Assembly: GCA_030390025.1 (NCBI GenBank)
Contig: CM059431.1
Location: 156,614,001 to 156,678,000, forward strand
DNA: 64,000 nucleotides
Direction of reading: 5' to 3'
Source: Squalus acanthias
Taxonomy: Eukaryota
In this document: piece by piece, positions 25,516-37,350 of the stretch
How the letters are laid out: each line of letters begins with the position of its first letter
How positions within the stretch are numbered: the stretch's first letter is position 1
Notes under the pieces: model-generated
Databases searched by the model: none
What the model was told of the DNA's origin: nothing
The model's input: only the letters and a program-made list of their open reading frames with translations
Made by a program: the position numbers and the translations under genes

Positions 25516-25532
25516 AGTTGCGATACAGCCCG

Positions 25533-25726
25533 TGTCGTAAGAATGAGCCTTACGCGTGGTGAATTTAAAGTAAGCTTTAATCTACTAAAAATGTGCTACA
25601 TACAAAAGATTTCTTACTCTATGCCTCTCCAGGATCCAACTAATCAGTCCAGTATTTATCCTGGACTAATCACAGGAAGTGATGCAATAAAGTTCGAGTC
25701 ACAGGAAGCTGTATTGTGTTACCACA
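25533..25726 (-). repeat. 3' LTR (194 bp)
   Basis: Direct repeat of 29783-29952; adjacent polypurine tract. Confidence 0.93.
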
Positions 25727-28700
25727 TTCTCCCCCCCCCCAAAAGATTAGGAGGCCGGGATGCTCCCTCCATTTCGTAGCCGCTGGACGAGGGAGAGCCG
25801 CACCCGTTTGGGTTCTCATTGCGGTAGAGGGCCCCTAGCCCGTTTACCCGCCGCGGGCCGTGGACCAGAGTCCGAGTGATCCAGCCCGCTCTGTGAGGGG
25901 TCAGGACGATCCTGACTGTGTACTGGTGCCCGAACGGGTGTCGGCCAGGGCTGTGGCAGATCCGTTTCCGAGCGTACGGTACGGGGTGGATCGTGGCTCC
26001 GCGTGCGAGCCCCGACGGGCTCCTAGTCAGTCTGCCCCAGGTCGGCACGCTGGAGTGAGGTACAAGCAGGCGTCAGATCCAGATCGTGTTGAGAGGCACC
26101 TGGCGAGCCCAGAGATGTGCCTGGTACAATATCATCCCCTGGTGTCCCTCTATGTTTCGGCGGGCAGGGAGCCAGATCCCGCAATGACACGGTAGATTCC
26201 CGACCGTCAGGATACCGAATATAGGCGTAGGTAGGGTTGACGTCAGTGAGCTCAACTTCATCTACCAGGGGGTCATTCTTAGATGCCCGGATATATCTTC
26301 GGAGTAGCACTGGTCCCGGTGCAGTCAGCCACGACGGGAGAGATATCCAATAGGATGAGCGATGCTGAAATCGGAAGAACCGTTCATGAGGCGTCGTATT
26401 TGTGGCGGTCGAAAGGAGGGACCGTGTGGAGTGTAATGCGTCTGGAAGTACTGCTTCCCATTGCTGGTTGGGTAGGCCCCGAGATCTCAAAGCCAGATGT
26501 ACCGCATTCCAGATGATAGCGTTAAAACGCTCGACTTGCCCATTCCCGACCGGATGATAAGGCGTCGTTCTGCTGGCAGCAATACCCCGTTCCGAGAGAT
26601 AGGCCTTGAGTTCTCCTGACATAAAAGAAGGGCCCCGATCCGAATGAACATAGGATGCCATGCCACAGAAAGCAAATACCTGCTCAAGGCAGCTGATAAC
26701 CGTGGCCGTCAGCATATTGGGGCAGGGAAAGGCAAACGGAAAACGGGAATACTCATCGACCATGGTCAACAGATTAGTTTTGCGAGTTGAAGAGGGCAAC
26801 GGCCCCTTAAAATCGATGCTAAGCCGTTGCATTGACTGGGTAGCATGTATGAGTATACCACCCGAGGAGCGGAAAAACTGAGGTTTCAATTCCGCACAGA
26901 CTCTGCAGTCCGAGCACATCTTCTTTACATCCCCAGCAGAGAATGGGAGATTTCGGGACCGCACGAAGTGTAGCATGCGAGTAACGCCCGGATGACACAA
27001 ACTATCATGGATGTCTACGAGCGTAGAGGGTGCCATGGCGGAGCAGAATGCTCGTGAGAGGGTATCCGGAGCCACATTCTCCTTGCCAGGTCGATAGTGG
27101 ATGGTGTAACCAAAAGAGGCCAATTCCAGCCGCCAAAGCTGGATTTTATTATTTTTAATGTTGGTCCGTTTTCGATTATCGAGCATGAAGGCGACCGATC
27201 GCTGGTCCGTGATTAAGGTAAAGTGCTGGCGAGCTAGGAGATGACTCCACTTCCGTACTGCCTCTATGATGGCTGTAGCTTCTTTCTCGACTGGAGGATA
27301 ATGTAGCTCAGCCCCTTGAAAAGTCCTGGACAAAAATGCCACCGGACGACCTTCCTGATTCAGAGTGGCCGAGATCGCCACCTCCGAGGCATCACACTCA
27401 ACAACAAAAGGAAGACTCTCATCGATGGAGTGAAGAGCCGCTTTCTCCAACTGTTTTTTCAGGAGGTTAAAGGTTGCAACAGTCGCTGTGTCTAGTGGGA
27501 ATGTGCTGGCCTTCAGTAGAGGTTGGATTCAGTCCGAGAAGTTAGGAATCCATTTAGCATAGTATGCAAACAGGCCGAGGGTCCGGCACTAGGAGGCCGG
27601 ATTCTTAGGTGGCGGGAGTTCTTGGAGTGGGCGACGCCTTTCAGGGTCAGGTTTAATGATGCCATTGCCCACACAATAGCCAAGGATGTTGATGGTTGGT
27701 TGTGACTCAATGGATTTAGCCGCATTTCATGTCAAATTACGGTGCTGGAGTGCATCCCAAAATCGTTGGAGATTGGCGTCATGTTCCCGCTGATTTCGAC
27801 CTGCGACAGTAATATTGTCCAGATAAGGAAACGTATCCATCAAGTCTTCCTGTTTGACCAGGTCATCCATTGCTCGCTGGAAGACAGCCACTCCATTAGT
27901 GACCCCAAAGGGGAGGCGACGAAATTGATACAGCCGTCCATTGGCTTCAAAGGCCGTATACTGCTTGTCTGAGACCTTCAAGGGTACCTGATGATAGGCA
28001 CTTTTCAGATCATATGTTGAGAACACCGTGTACTCAGCCAGTTTATTAACCATATCATCGATGCGCGGCAATGGGTATGCGTCCAAGTCCGTATATTGAT
28101 TGATGGTCTGTGAATAGTCAATGCACAGCCGTTTCTTGTGAGTTTGTAGAGGGTTCTTAACAATAACGACCTGGGCGCGCCATGGCGACGAACAAGGCTC
28201 GATGATATCCTCTGCTAAAAGCCGAGAAATCTCAGCCGCAATAAAAGACTGGTCTTCCTGACTGAAACGTCATGACTTTGTTATAATCGGTTTGCATCGA
28301 GGAGGGATACTGGTAAACAGTGAGGGTTCATCCAGTGAAGCTGCTGACAATGCACAGAACGGTAATCGAGGTCGTATATTAGAAATAGTGAGTTCAGGTT
28401 TGGATCTGCCGAACTCAATGGTGAGCTTCTTATGCTGCTTTTGAAAATCCAGCCCTAAGATAAGATCACTACATAAATCCTTGAGCACCGAAAGCCGGGT
28501 GGAGGGATACCTGTGACCATTAAGTGTTATTTCAACCATACAAAAGCCAGAAATTCTGGTATTAAATGATGACTGAGCCATCGCAATTGCCTGGTACGAT
28601 GGGAAAACATGTAGCTTTAACTCTGCAACAATCTGTTCCCTAATGAAACTATCAGTGCTACCTGAGTCAATTAAGGCATCTAAAGTATGTCCATTAATTG

Positions 28701-29782
28701 ATGCTTTTGTAGCTGCATGGAATAGGTTATGAGGACAAGCAGCTGTAATTGGTGTCGTTTCAAAAAGAGTGGCTGAAACTCTAGGTGTGTTTCTTCGAGA
28801 GGAAACCCGAGAGGAAGCACGATAGATGTTAGCCGGAACATCTTGATAGGCCCTTACCGGGGCAGTTCGGTAGGACTTAGCTTGATAAGCCCTCGTAGAG
28901 GCACTTGATAGGCAAACCTTTGCAAAATTACCCTTTTTGTTGCAATGACTGCAAAACGCATTGCGAGCAGGGCTGAATTTCCGAGGGTGAAACTCATCAC
29001 CACAAAAGAAGCATTTCTTAGATTGCCAAGAGGCTGCCACAGTGGGGTCATCATCCTCTTCATCAGTGAAGTCATCAGATTGATCGTCAGGGATGAGGAC
29101 CTCCCTAATAGAGTTCACCTGTGGCCTCTTAAATTGCCTGACTGTAGTTAAGGCAGTAGACCGAGGTCTGGGCACTGTATAAAGGTCTGCATTTCTTTTT
29201 TGCCAGATCTAGAGAGCAAGCCATGTCATAATCTCTCTGAAGCTCAAGTGTCTTACTTTCCAGTAGACGCTGGCGTATAAATGGGGAGGCAAGCCCGCAG
29301 ATGAAAGCATCACGGATCAGTTCTTCACGGTACAGCTCAGCTCAGGCCGCCTGAAAGTTACAGTCCATACTAAGTCTGCGAAGCTCTTGGAGGAATTTAT
29401 CAATGGATTCCTCCGGCCCTTGTTGGGCTGTAGCTAGTAGATGTCTGGCATAGACCTCATTCGGTGTCGTAGTATATAGTCTCTTAAGCGTCCGAATTGC
29501 CTCCTCGTAACTGCCCCATTCCTCCACATACTGAAATACATTCGGGGTGACACAGTTGATGAGTATCCGCAACTTTGAGTCATCATCAACCTTGCAATAC
29601 TCAAGAAAATTGTCAAACGTGCGATACCAGTGTTTCCACACCTTACCGGCTGCTGGGGTGTTTGAGTCCAAGTCAAGACGCGATGGTTTAAGGATGTTTT
29701 CCATGATGGGTGATTCCCTGGATCCTTCGTTCCAAGTTCGTCCAAAAAGTTTGAGTGCGACGTTTTCAAAAGTTGATTAAAT

Positions 29783-29952
29783 TGTCGTAAGAATGAGCCT
29801 TACGCGTGGTGAACTTAAAGTAAGCTTTAATCAAATAAAAAGGTGCTACATACAGAAGAGTTCTTACTCTATGCCTCTCCAGGATCCAACTAATCAGTCC
29901 AGTATTTATCCTGGACTAATCGAGTCACACGAAGCTGTATTGTGTTACCACA
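29783..29952 (-). repeat. 5' LTR (170 bp; lacks a 24-bp segment present in the 3' LTR)
   Basis: By-eye alignment shows about 7 substitutions and one 24-bp indel versus 25533-25726. Confidence 0.93.
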
Positions 29953-30218
29953 GCCCGTTTTTCGGTGATCATTTAATGCAGGCCGTATCTCGTCGATTGC
30001 CTATTATACACTGCGCCTGATTAAAAGTGAATTCAACTGATTTTCGAAAGTGTTTTATGACGGTCAGAAAATGCTATTGCCCCTGTTTTGTTTAACTGCC
30101 CATGTAGAAATTAATCCTCACAGACTTTAATTTAAAATAAAGTAATTGCAATAAATAATAAACGATTTCTCTTAGAGTATTCACCATCTTTTTAAAGTTA
30201 GATTTGTACACCACCTAC

Positions 30219-30417
30219 CTTTCAGGTCATTTTGAACCTCTGTACCACTGCTCTGTATCTCTGGCAATGTCGCTTTCAGCTTGGGTTTCGGATCCTGCAG
30301 TTGAAGAAATATGTTCCACATTCTTTTTTGCGCCCGAGCTCCCTTTTCTGCCACAATACTGACAATTTGTCGTGAAGCATCCCTTCTGCGGTCTCTTTCA
30401 ACAAGTTTTTGGATTCT
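30219..30417 (-). CDS. NLR exon, second half of the death-fold/CARD-like domain (RIQKLVERDRRRDASRQIVSIVAEKGARAQKRMWNIFLQLQDPKPKLKATLPEIQSSGTEVQNDLK)
   Basis: ttttag acceptor, G|gtaggt donor, phase 0-1, open frame absent from the ORF track; EKG.RA...MW..F..PKL...EIQ pattern of shark NLR N-termini; joins in frame to the NACHT exon. Confidence 0.85.
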
Positions 30418-32465
30418 CTAAAAAATATATTGCAGTCATATTGAGCCATGAAATGTAAATAATCAGATAAGTAACCTATTTTCACTTACTCCTTCTCTTT
30501 ATGAGAAGAATGAATAGAAAAGTTCACTATCGGGTGACCAGAAGCTGGGCCATACAGGTACAGTTTAAGGAGCTTCTAAAAGGAGGAGAGAGTGGTAGGT
30601 AGCCAGAGAGGATTAGCGAAGGAACTTCAGAGCTTAGGGCCGAAGCAGCTGAAGGCACTGTGAATAAAATAGGGGATGCGGAAAAGGCCAGAATTGGCTA
30701 AAACACAATGATTATCGATGGTTGTGGGGCTGGAGGAGTTTGCAGAGATAGAGAGGAGCAGCGTTAAGTCATCCAGGGAAATTGTATTTTCTCAGCTGAC
30801 AGAGTAATACGGTAAGGTGCTGATTAAAAGGGGAAACGTTACGTTTGCAGGAATAGGATTCGACCAAAATTAGGGATTATTGGTTGTTAATAACAGTAAT
30901 ATATTGTAATGCTAACGATGTGGTTTCAGAAACTCAAATTGCATTAATTGAAAACCATAAAGTTGTGTTTGAAATTAGTGCTGGTCAGAAGCACGAAATG
31001 GGCTGATAGCGAATCGGTGGCCCACTTTATGCCGCGTCCGATTTTCTTTCTAGTAACTTCCATGAGCCTTGAATTCTCTCTAAGTATCAGCTTCATTAAT
31101 CGAAACAGTTGCATAAACTTATCAGTCACTCCGTCATGCACTATATGAACATTGTGGTTTTCTTCTCTATGCAGCTGTTTCCTTTGATTAACTGCTTTAG
31201 TTGAGGTTTTTATGAAATGTGATCATTGTCTCTAATTCTATAACCTGCCATTTATTCATTTCTTACATTTTGAACGTGTTGGCTTCTGTTTTATATTCTT
31301 TATGTTTCCTTGGTTTGTTTTATATAATCAGCCCTGCAACCCCAGAATTATTTTAAAATATAATTTTTAATTCATATTCTATGCACGTCCAAGATATTCT
31401 AGTTTGTTCTTCACCTGTTTTATTTTCGTGTAATGTGTGTATCTTGTATGACAATATTCTCCTATTGGCAGGTTCCTTTTGCGTCAACGCGACTTTTTCT
31501 GATCATTAACCTGCCAATATATCTGGGCTAGTGTTTTAGTTTCGTTGTAATTAGTTTTATTCCTCTAAAATGTATATTGCTTTGATTGAACCGTTATCTT
31601 TTACGATTCATATGAATCCAAATGATATAATATTTTCCTAGATGTTCTACTACTGTTACCTCACCTCTAGCCCCACCCGCTTCTAGAAAATGTTCCGATA
31701 CTCATTCTTTTCATGTTGTCCTAAAACCGTAGCAATCTAAACAACGTAAGCTATAGGCTGCAAATACCTTGCCCTTTCTACCACACTTATCTTATTTCTA
31801 TCCTTTGGATATTAAAGTCACCAATCAATCTGTTACTGTTATTGCTACACTTTCACCAACGTTTCATTATTTATATTATCTATGCATTGCCCAAGATTCG
31901 ATGAATGATAATAGCACCTTATTATTCTGTAACCCCAAATGTATAGATTAATTTTGCGAAGCATTGCTTATACTAGTCCTGAGTTCCCGTGCTCCAATTG
32001 AATATTTTAGTAATTCCTTCTCCCTGTTTTTTTAAAAAACTTCATTCCCCATTAATGTTTAGTAACATGACACTTTAGCTCCTAATCTTGCCCTTACATA
32101 AGCCAGATTGCTATTAATATCTGTGCATCATAATTTATAGCATATCCCCAGAAAACCTAGGCCTTCAACTAACCAGCTATATTTGGAATAGTTTGTATAT
32201 ACATGTGTTAGGCAATTGTAGGAGGAATTCGGAAAAGCGAGCATGTGGACATTAGAGAGAGTCCATAGATTGTATTTATGGAATGGATCATTATGGCAGT
32301 CTTGACGGCAGAGGATTTTGAACGAGGAGAGGCCAGTATTAGTGACGACACTTAGCAGTGAGCCAAAGACGATGCAGGACCAAAGCTGGCAGGAATCAAG
32401 GCATTAGTTTGCATATCCAATAGAATGGATGAATGTTGCGAGTCCTTGTTGATACGTGAGATAAT

Positions 32466-33228
32466 GGCCCAGAAATTAAACAGTGAGGGTTTTAGCAGGG
32501 GTAAGGATTTCCCGCGATATCGCACTCCGCGCCTACCTTTTTGCACCGGGCCCACACGAACTTCAGTTTGAAAGGCTCTCTCTCTTGGAACCGTGCAGTG
32601 CTTGCGTGAACCAGAGACGCAATTAGTTCGTGCAAGCTCTGGGATCACGTGATTCAGTTAGAGCCAATGGCAGCACACCATCTTTCATTCATAGTTTTGA
32701 CAGGAAGACCTGTCAAAGCTATGAATACTACACCCCCCCAAAAGAACAGCTAAACCTCAATTAAATTTAAAAAATGCCATCACATTAATAAAATAAGTAT
32801 AGTTAAATAAATTAAGCACTTTAAACAAAAAATTAAATTTTTGAAAAAATTTAATATCTTTTTAAAAGATATAAAAATAAACTTACCTTTCTTTAAAGTC
32901 TCTAAAAAAGATAAACCTATTGAAAAATATTTTTAAAAACACTTAATTAACTACTTACCTTGTTAAAAGGGGGTCCTACGCCTGCTTTCTGTATGTGTAA
33001 AATCTTCACCACTTACCTGCGCGTTCAAAGCTGAAAAAATAACTAAGTGCACTGCGAGCGCACAGCCTGTAGCGCGCACGCTGTTCACTTAGGAACCGTC
33101 ACCGTTTCAACTCACGAAGTGCTGGTTTCCCGCGCATGCGCAGTGCATACAGGAAACCGGCAATTCTTGATCTAATACGCAAGAGTGCACAGTGCGTACT
33201 GTCGCGTATTAGGTTTAATTTTCGGGCC
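32466..33228. mobile_element. Harbinger/PIF-like MITE
   Basis: TIRs GGCCCAGAAATTAAAC / GTTTAATTTTCGGGCC, 3-bp TSD AAT, AT-rich centre, no ORF. Confidence 0.75.
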
Positions 33229-33859
33229 AATGCAGATTGTGAGAGGTTAGAAATTAAGAAAGTGTTTAGTTCGATGTAAATATTGTGACAGGGAATGTGC
33301 TAGAAAATCAGAGTGAGGCAGCCATGCTGTGATGTGCAAAGTTGCAGAGAAATCGAAGCAACGATTTGGATACGTTCACTAGAACTCTCTAGAGATCCGC
33401 GCCACCGACAGTGGCTCAAACCAATAAGATGGTTCACTGGAAAAACAGGACTGCTTTGATAGAGAATAAAGGGAAACTCAAGGGCTTTAATGCGACAGTT
33501 TAGCTTTTATACATCAGTAAATGTCTTCCGGTGAGATTAGAATTATGTCGCTATTACAAGTTTTATCTAACTCCAGAATTTCCTTTGGGGCTGAGCTGAG
33601 GACGCATGATGGTTACGCTGCTACTAAATTATTAAATTATTAATTTCGATTCGTCTGGGCTTGGCCCTTGCCATCCTGTAATTTGGGGTAATTGATCAAG
33701 TGATACGAAAGCCTCTATGTCCGCTTTCCGAAACTTCAATAAACCAATCCCATGCAGAAATATGGGCACTGAATTACCTTAACAGCGAGACGTTTCACAG
33801 TGAATTATCAGACCTGGTTTTAGTCCTGGCCCCCAGGTTGTTGATTGTGGCCGATTCGC

Positions 33860-34150
33860 CGATGGTAATGGCATTAAATATCAAGGGGTGCTGATGTGAC
33901 TCTCTCTTGTTCGAGATGTTCATTGCCTGGCACTTGATGTTGCGCAAATGTTACTTGCCACTTACCGGCCAAACCTAGATGTTGTCCAGGTATTGCTTCA
34001 TACGGGGACAGACTGCTTCATCATTGTTGGAATTGCGAATGGAGCTGATCACTGTGCAATCATTAGTGATCAGCCCCAATTCTGATCTTATGATAGATGG
34101 CCATTGAAGAAGCACTTACCGATAATCGGGCCTTGGACGCTGCCAAGAAG
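33860..34150 (-). mobile_element. LINE RT fragment, same family as 2408-2659
   Basis: Reverse-complement similarity to 2450-2600 (GATTGCACAGTG, GAAGCAGTC, CCTGGACAACATC). Confidence 0.6.
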
Positions 34151-34402
34151 CAAACATAATTATGCCATGAGATGATGTTCTCTCATTGCTTAATGCATTT
34201 TTTGAAGATTAAAGAACAAATTAGTTTACCAGAGATATATTTCAGAGGAGTACTTCAAATATTGTTTTCATTGGCATCGAACTCAATTTCAGCGTCACTA
34301 TTGAGTACGGCTTATATCGATGGGTTGCACGAAATACAATTAATCAAACTCTGACTCATGACTCATTTAACACTATAAGATTTCACCATATGTGTTGCAT
34401 AC

Positions 34403-34563
34403 CTCATGATCAGCTTCAGTAAAAACTTCTCCATCAAAAAGCTTCTGACTAACAGCCTCCACGTTTTCTTCAATTGCATGCTCTAGTCTCTGATGGCAGC
34501 TCTCGATAATTCTCCGCAGCTGGAAATCCGTGTCGCTCTGCAGCATCAGTAAGGTTTTAGTAT
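34403..34563 (-). CDS. NLR exon, first half of the death-fold/CARD-like domain (DTKTLLMLQSDTDFQLRRIIESCHQRLEHAIEENVEAVSQKLFDGEVFTEADHE)
   Basis: ttcag acceptor, GAG|gtatgc donor, phase 1-0; DFQL...RLE.AIEE.VE pattern of shark NLR N-termini. Confidence 0.85.
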
Positions 34564-35953
34564 CTGAATTTAATGTCAAGTTGTAAATGAGAACAGATTA
34601 AAATACTGAGCCCGCTATTAAACAATGAATTATCTGGACCAACTGATATAGCAACAGCTTTTATTAAGGCCTTTCAAGCAGTGATAACGCCAGTGGCGCC
34701 TCACAGAGGGGGAATTAAGAATCAATGCTGTCTCTTTTTGGTATAGTTCGGAGGAACGACCCAGGACTTGCAACATTTGGAGATTGGTTAAACTAAGTAA
34801 GAAGTAGAAAGAGGGTTGTCCTTAGGAATGGAGTCAGTGGGATTGACGTCTTTGCCTGGAGTGCAGAGCAGAAGAACCGATATACTAGAGACCACAGCGA
34901 AGGAGAAGTGTGTAACAGAGGGGTTGTTAACAAGACTGTAGGGTTAAGATGGGCGGGTCAGTAGATTTTGTTGAAGATCACTAGGACCATTTCACACATG
35001 ATCAGTTTGGGAGAAGAAGTTAATGTAAGTCAGTGACTAAGTATTTTACGGATGAATGGAACTGAGGGTGAATTTGAATTTATGCAATGGAGCTGTGGAA
35101 AAGCTGGAGCTCGGCACAAATGTCGTTTGAGGTATCCATTCTAAATCTCTCAAAAGCATCGATAAAGTACCAGCAAATTTTCATATGGAGTGCGTGGTCA
35201 GAAAATTAATCTATAATTGTTCCTGACGGTGATCTGAGACTCCAGTTTGAATTAATGCCTTGGAATCAGCAGATGCTGTTGAGCAATTAGACATAGACGG
35301 GCCTTTCACATGTTTGCTTGAAGAGCAAATAAATAATGTACAAATATTGGAAGTATGAAACATTAAATGCAACTTCATTCGTCCTTCTGTTTTTCCTTCT
35401 TTATTTCAAGGAAAATTAAATTTTGAAACAGGAACTGAGAAATGGAAAAATTGTGAAGCAAAAAGGCAGTCACAATAATCTTTACGATAATCAATACACT
35501 GAGTACAGGAAACAAAACATTGGGAAATTGTTTTCATTATCAATAGAAAATACTTACACAAAAACAGATACTTTAGCTTAGAAATGACTGCAGCAAGTAC
35601 AGTTCCACAATTAAATGTACCCGAGCATAAAACATCAAAGGAATGGGGCGAGGAGGGTGTTGGAGAAAGTCGTGAGAGGTAGCTCTGCTAAATAAATACA
35701 ATACCTCATCAACAACAACATAAACATTTATATGGCACCTTTAACGTTAAAAAAATATTGCAAGGCGCCTGAAGGAAGTTTTAATGAGGCGTGAACACAT
35801 ACATTCAGGCCGAAGAAAGTAATTGTAAGGGTTTAGGATGAATAACATTATTTGTAATCAAAAAAGTGCGTTTTAAGTAGACACTTAAGTAATTAACCGG
35901 GGTATAGAGGCGGAGGCATTGAGGGAAGGAATAACAGAGTGCGGGGTATGTAC

Positions 35954-36193
35954 CTCTTTCTCCACCGAAAATGTAACTCTCTTCTTCATTATTAGTATTT
36001 CCTGCATCACCAGTGCCCGGTATAGTGCCCGCATTGTTTGCCGCATCAAACTGTGCGTGATCTGTTCTGCGATGAGATCTCCGCTTTGCACACCAAAAAG
36101 TCACAACGATTACTAATACTTCCAGCAGTATTGCACCGATGAATGCGAGGGGAATTGTGAATGGTTCGTCCATTATTGCAGTCTCGTCAATCA
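35954..36193 (-). CDS. Candidate NLR N-terminal exon encoding one transmembrane helix (MDEPFTIPLAFIGAILLEVLVIVVTFWCAKRRSHRR...)
   Basis: tttacag acceptor, AG|gtacat donor, 240 bp open, phase 1 end matches the next exon; ~23 mostly hydrophobic residues followed by a basic cluster; both splice sites conserved in the paralog at 52130-52346. Confidence 0.65.
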
Positions 36194-36628
36194 CTGTAAA
36201 TCATAGTACAGGTTTTGAGCTGTTGTTATTCAAGTATTCATTGACAGTCCAAACAATCTAAACCAATTTTAAAAGCTGCAGATGATTTAACTTTCGTTTA
36301 TTGGTTGCGTATCGCATTGTTCAGTTTTCTTTTTAATATCCTCTGCTGTTTTCAATGTTTTTCTTTGGCAGGTAATCGCAATCTTGTGCATTTCTACACT
36401 TTGCCTAAATAACGGGTTTATACGGTGTCGCCTAGAGGTTTAGCAGAGAAGAATGCGAACTGTGGCTGGGCTGACTGTTCACTTATTTCCATCTATTAGT
36501 TCATAAGTTAGCATTATTCTCACACAACAATAAACAATCTGTAACATATTCCAGCCAATACTTATTAGGATATCGCCATTTAGTTCTGCTTTTGGATTCT
36601 GATCCGTTAGGATTTTCCTGTTATAATT

Positions 36629-36639
36629 GAAAACGAAAC
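36629..36639. promoter_or_regulatory. ISRE/IRF-binding motif candidate GAAAACGAAAC
   Basis: Fits GAAANNGAAA; the paralog keeps the consensus (GAAATCGAAAC, 52782-52792). Confidence 0.4.
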
Positions 36640-37310
36640 AATTCAGTGCTGCAGCAGCTTCCTTCTGCTGCAAGGTTGGTCTGCTTAGAGGCAGGAGCTG
36701 CATTTTCCCAAGATTATTCCTACAAGAGTTTGATGTACTTTTAGAGAGATGTGCTTGCATCTGATTCCCCACTAAGTACCCACTAATTCTAATTAACTTT
36801 TTTTTATATAACTGCTGGTTGAAATATCTGAACAATTGATTAAAATATTGAATTAGCCAGAAGCGATTCTGAAATCGGCTATTAAAATTAAGTCTCTTCA
36901 GTGAAATTTGAAGCCTTTTAAACGTATAATTAGCAATCATCGTGGTTTAATTGTGCATTTTTATTTTGAGACTAAATACACTATTATATTTAATCCGCGG
37001 CTGTAGCAGCAGATTAAACAAACTGTTCAGACGGCTAAACCATTTCATTCGATTACACTACTACTTATGAATCAATATCCGTATTTCAAATGTACGAATT
37101 GAAAAGTTATCACAACAAACAACGCCGATCCTGTCAAAAGAAGGATCATGTTTATCATAAAGTAAAGGGATTGGAGTAATTGAGGAGTAGGGGAATAACT
37201 TGGCTCCGAATGCCTGGAAGCTGAAGACAAACTTTAAAATACGCTGCAGATAATCACTCTAAAATAAAGAATTAATGTTGCAGATATGAATCATCTTTAA
37301 ATCACTTTGC

Positions 37311-37350
37311 CTGTCAGGTACTTATTGGAATTTCTCATTGTTAGATGTAC
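37311..37350 (-). other. Possible 40-bp upstream micro-exon containing an ATG (MRNSNKYLT)
   Basis: Strong acceptor ttctgtttcag conserved in the paralog (53465-53506); donor is GC here and GT in the paralog; phase 1 end would join the TM exon in frame. Confidence 0.35.

Larger units (their letters stand above)
25533..29952 (-). mobile_element. Ty3/Gypsy LTR retrotransposon, full-length, gag-pol disrupted
   Basis: TG..CA LTRs; 5-bp TSD GCCCG (25528-25532, 29953-29957); PPT 25727-25740; Gag with zinc-knuckle-like Cys motifs, protease LIDSGS, RT (YDLKSAYHQ, LPFG, YLDN), RNase H (ECDAS), integrase (HPG, CxxC, D-D-E) in Gypsy order. Confidence 0.96.
8968..36193 (-). pseudogene. Multi-exon NLR gene (TM, death-fold/CARD-like, FISNA-like, NACHT, LRR) of the chondrichthyan NLRP3/12-like type; disabled as assembled
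   Basis: Seven exons (36193-35954, 34563-34403, 30417-30219, 14339-12621, 9846-9760, 9491-9300, 9055-8968) join with GT-AG sites in phases 1,0,1,2,2,2; lesions are TGA 13036-13038, a 1-bp deletion ~12865 and TGA 12680-12682. Confidence 0.85.

Noticed and set aside
36120..36122. Glu in the TM helix suggesting DAP12/FcR-gamma-like charge pairing
   Set aside because: The paralog has GGA (Gly) at the aligned codon, so the Glu may be a private mutation
36479..36940. 153-aa minus-strand ORF upstream of the TM exon
   Set aside because: No recognisable domain, and the frame is not preserved in the paralog (52729-52941 diverges and stops)
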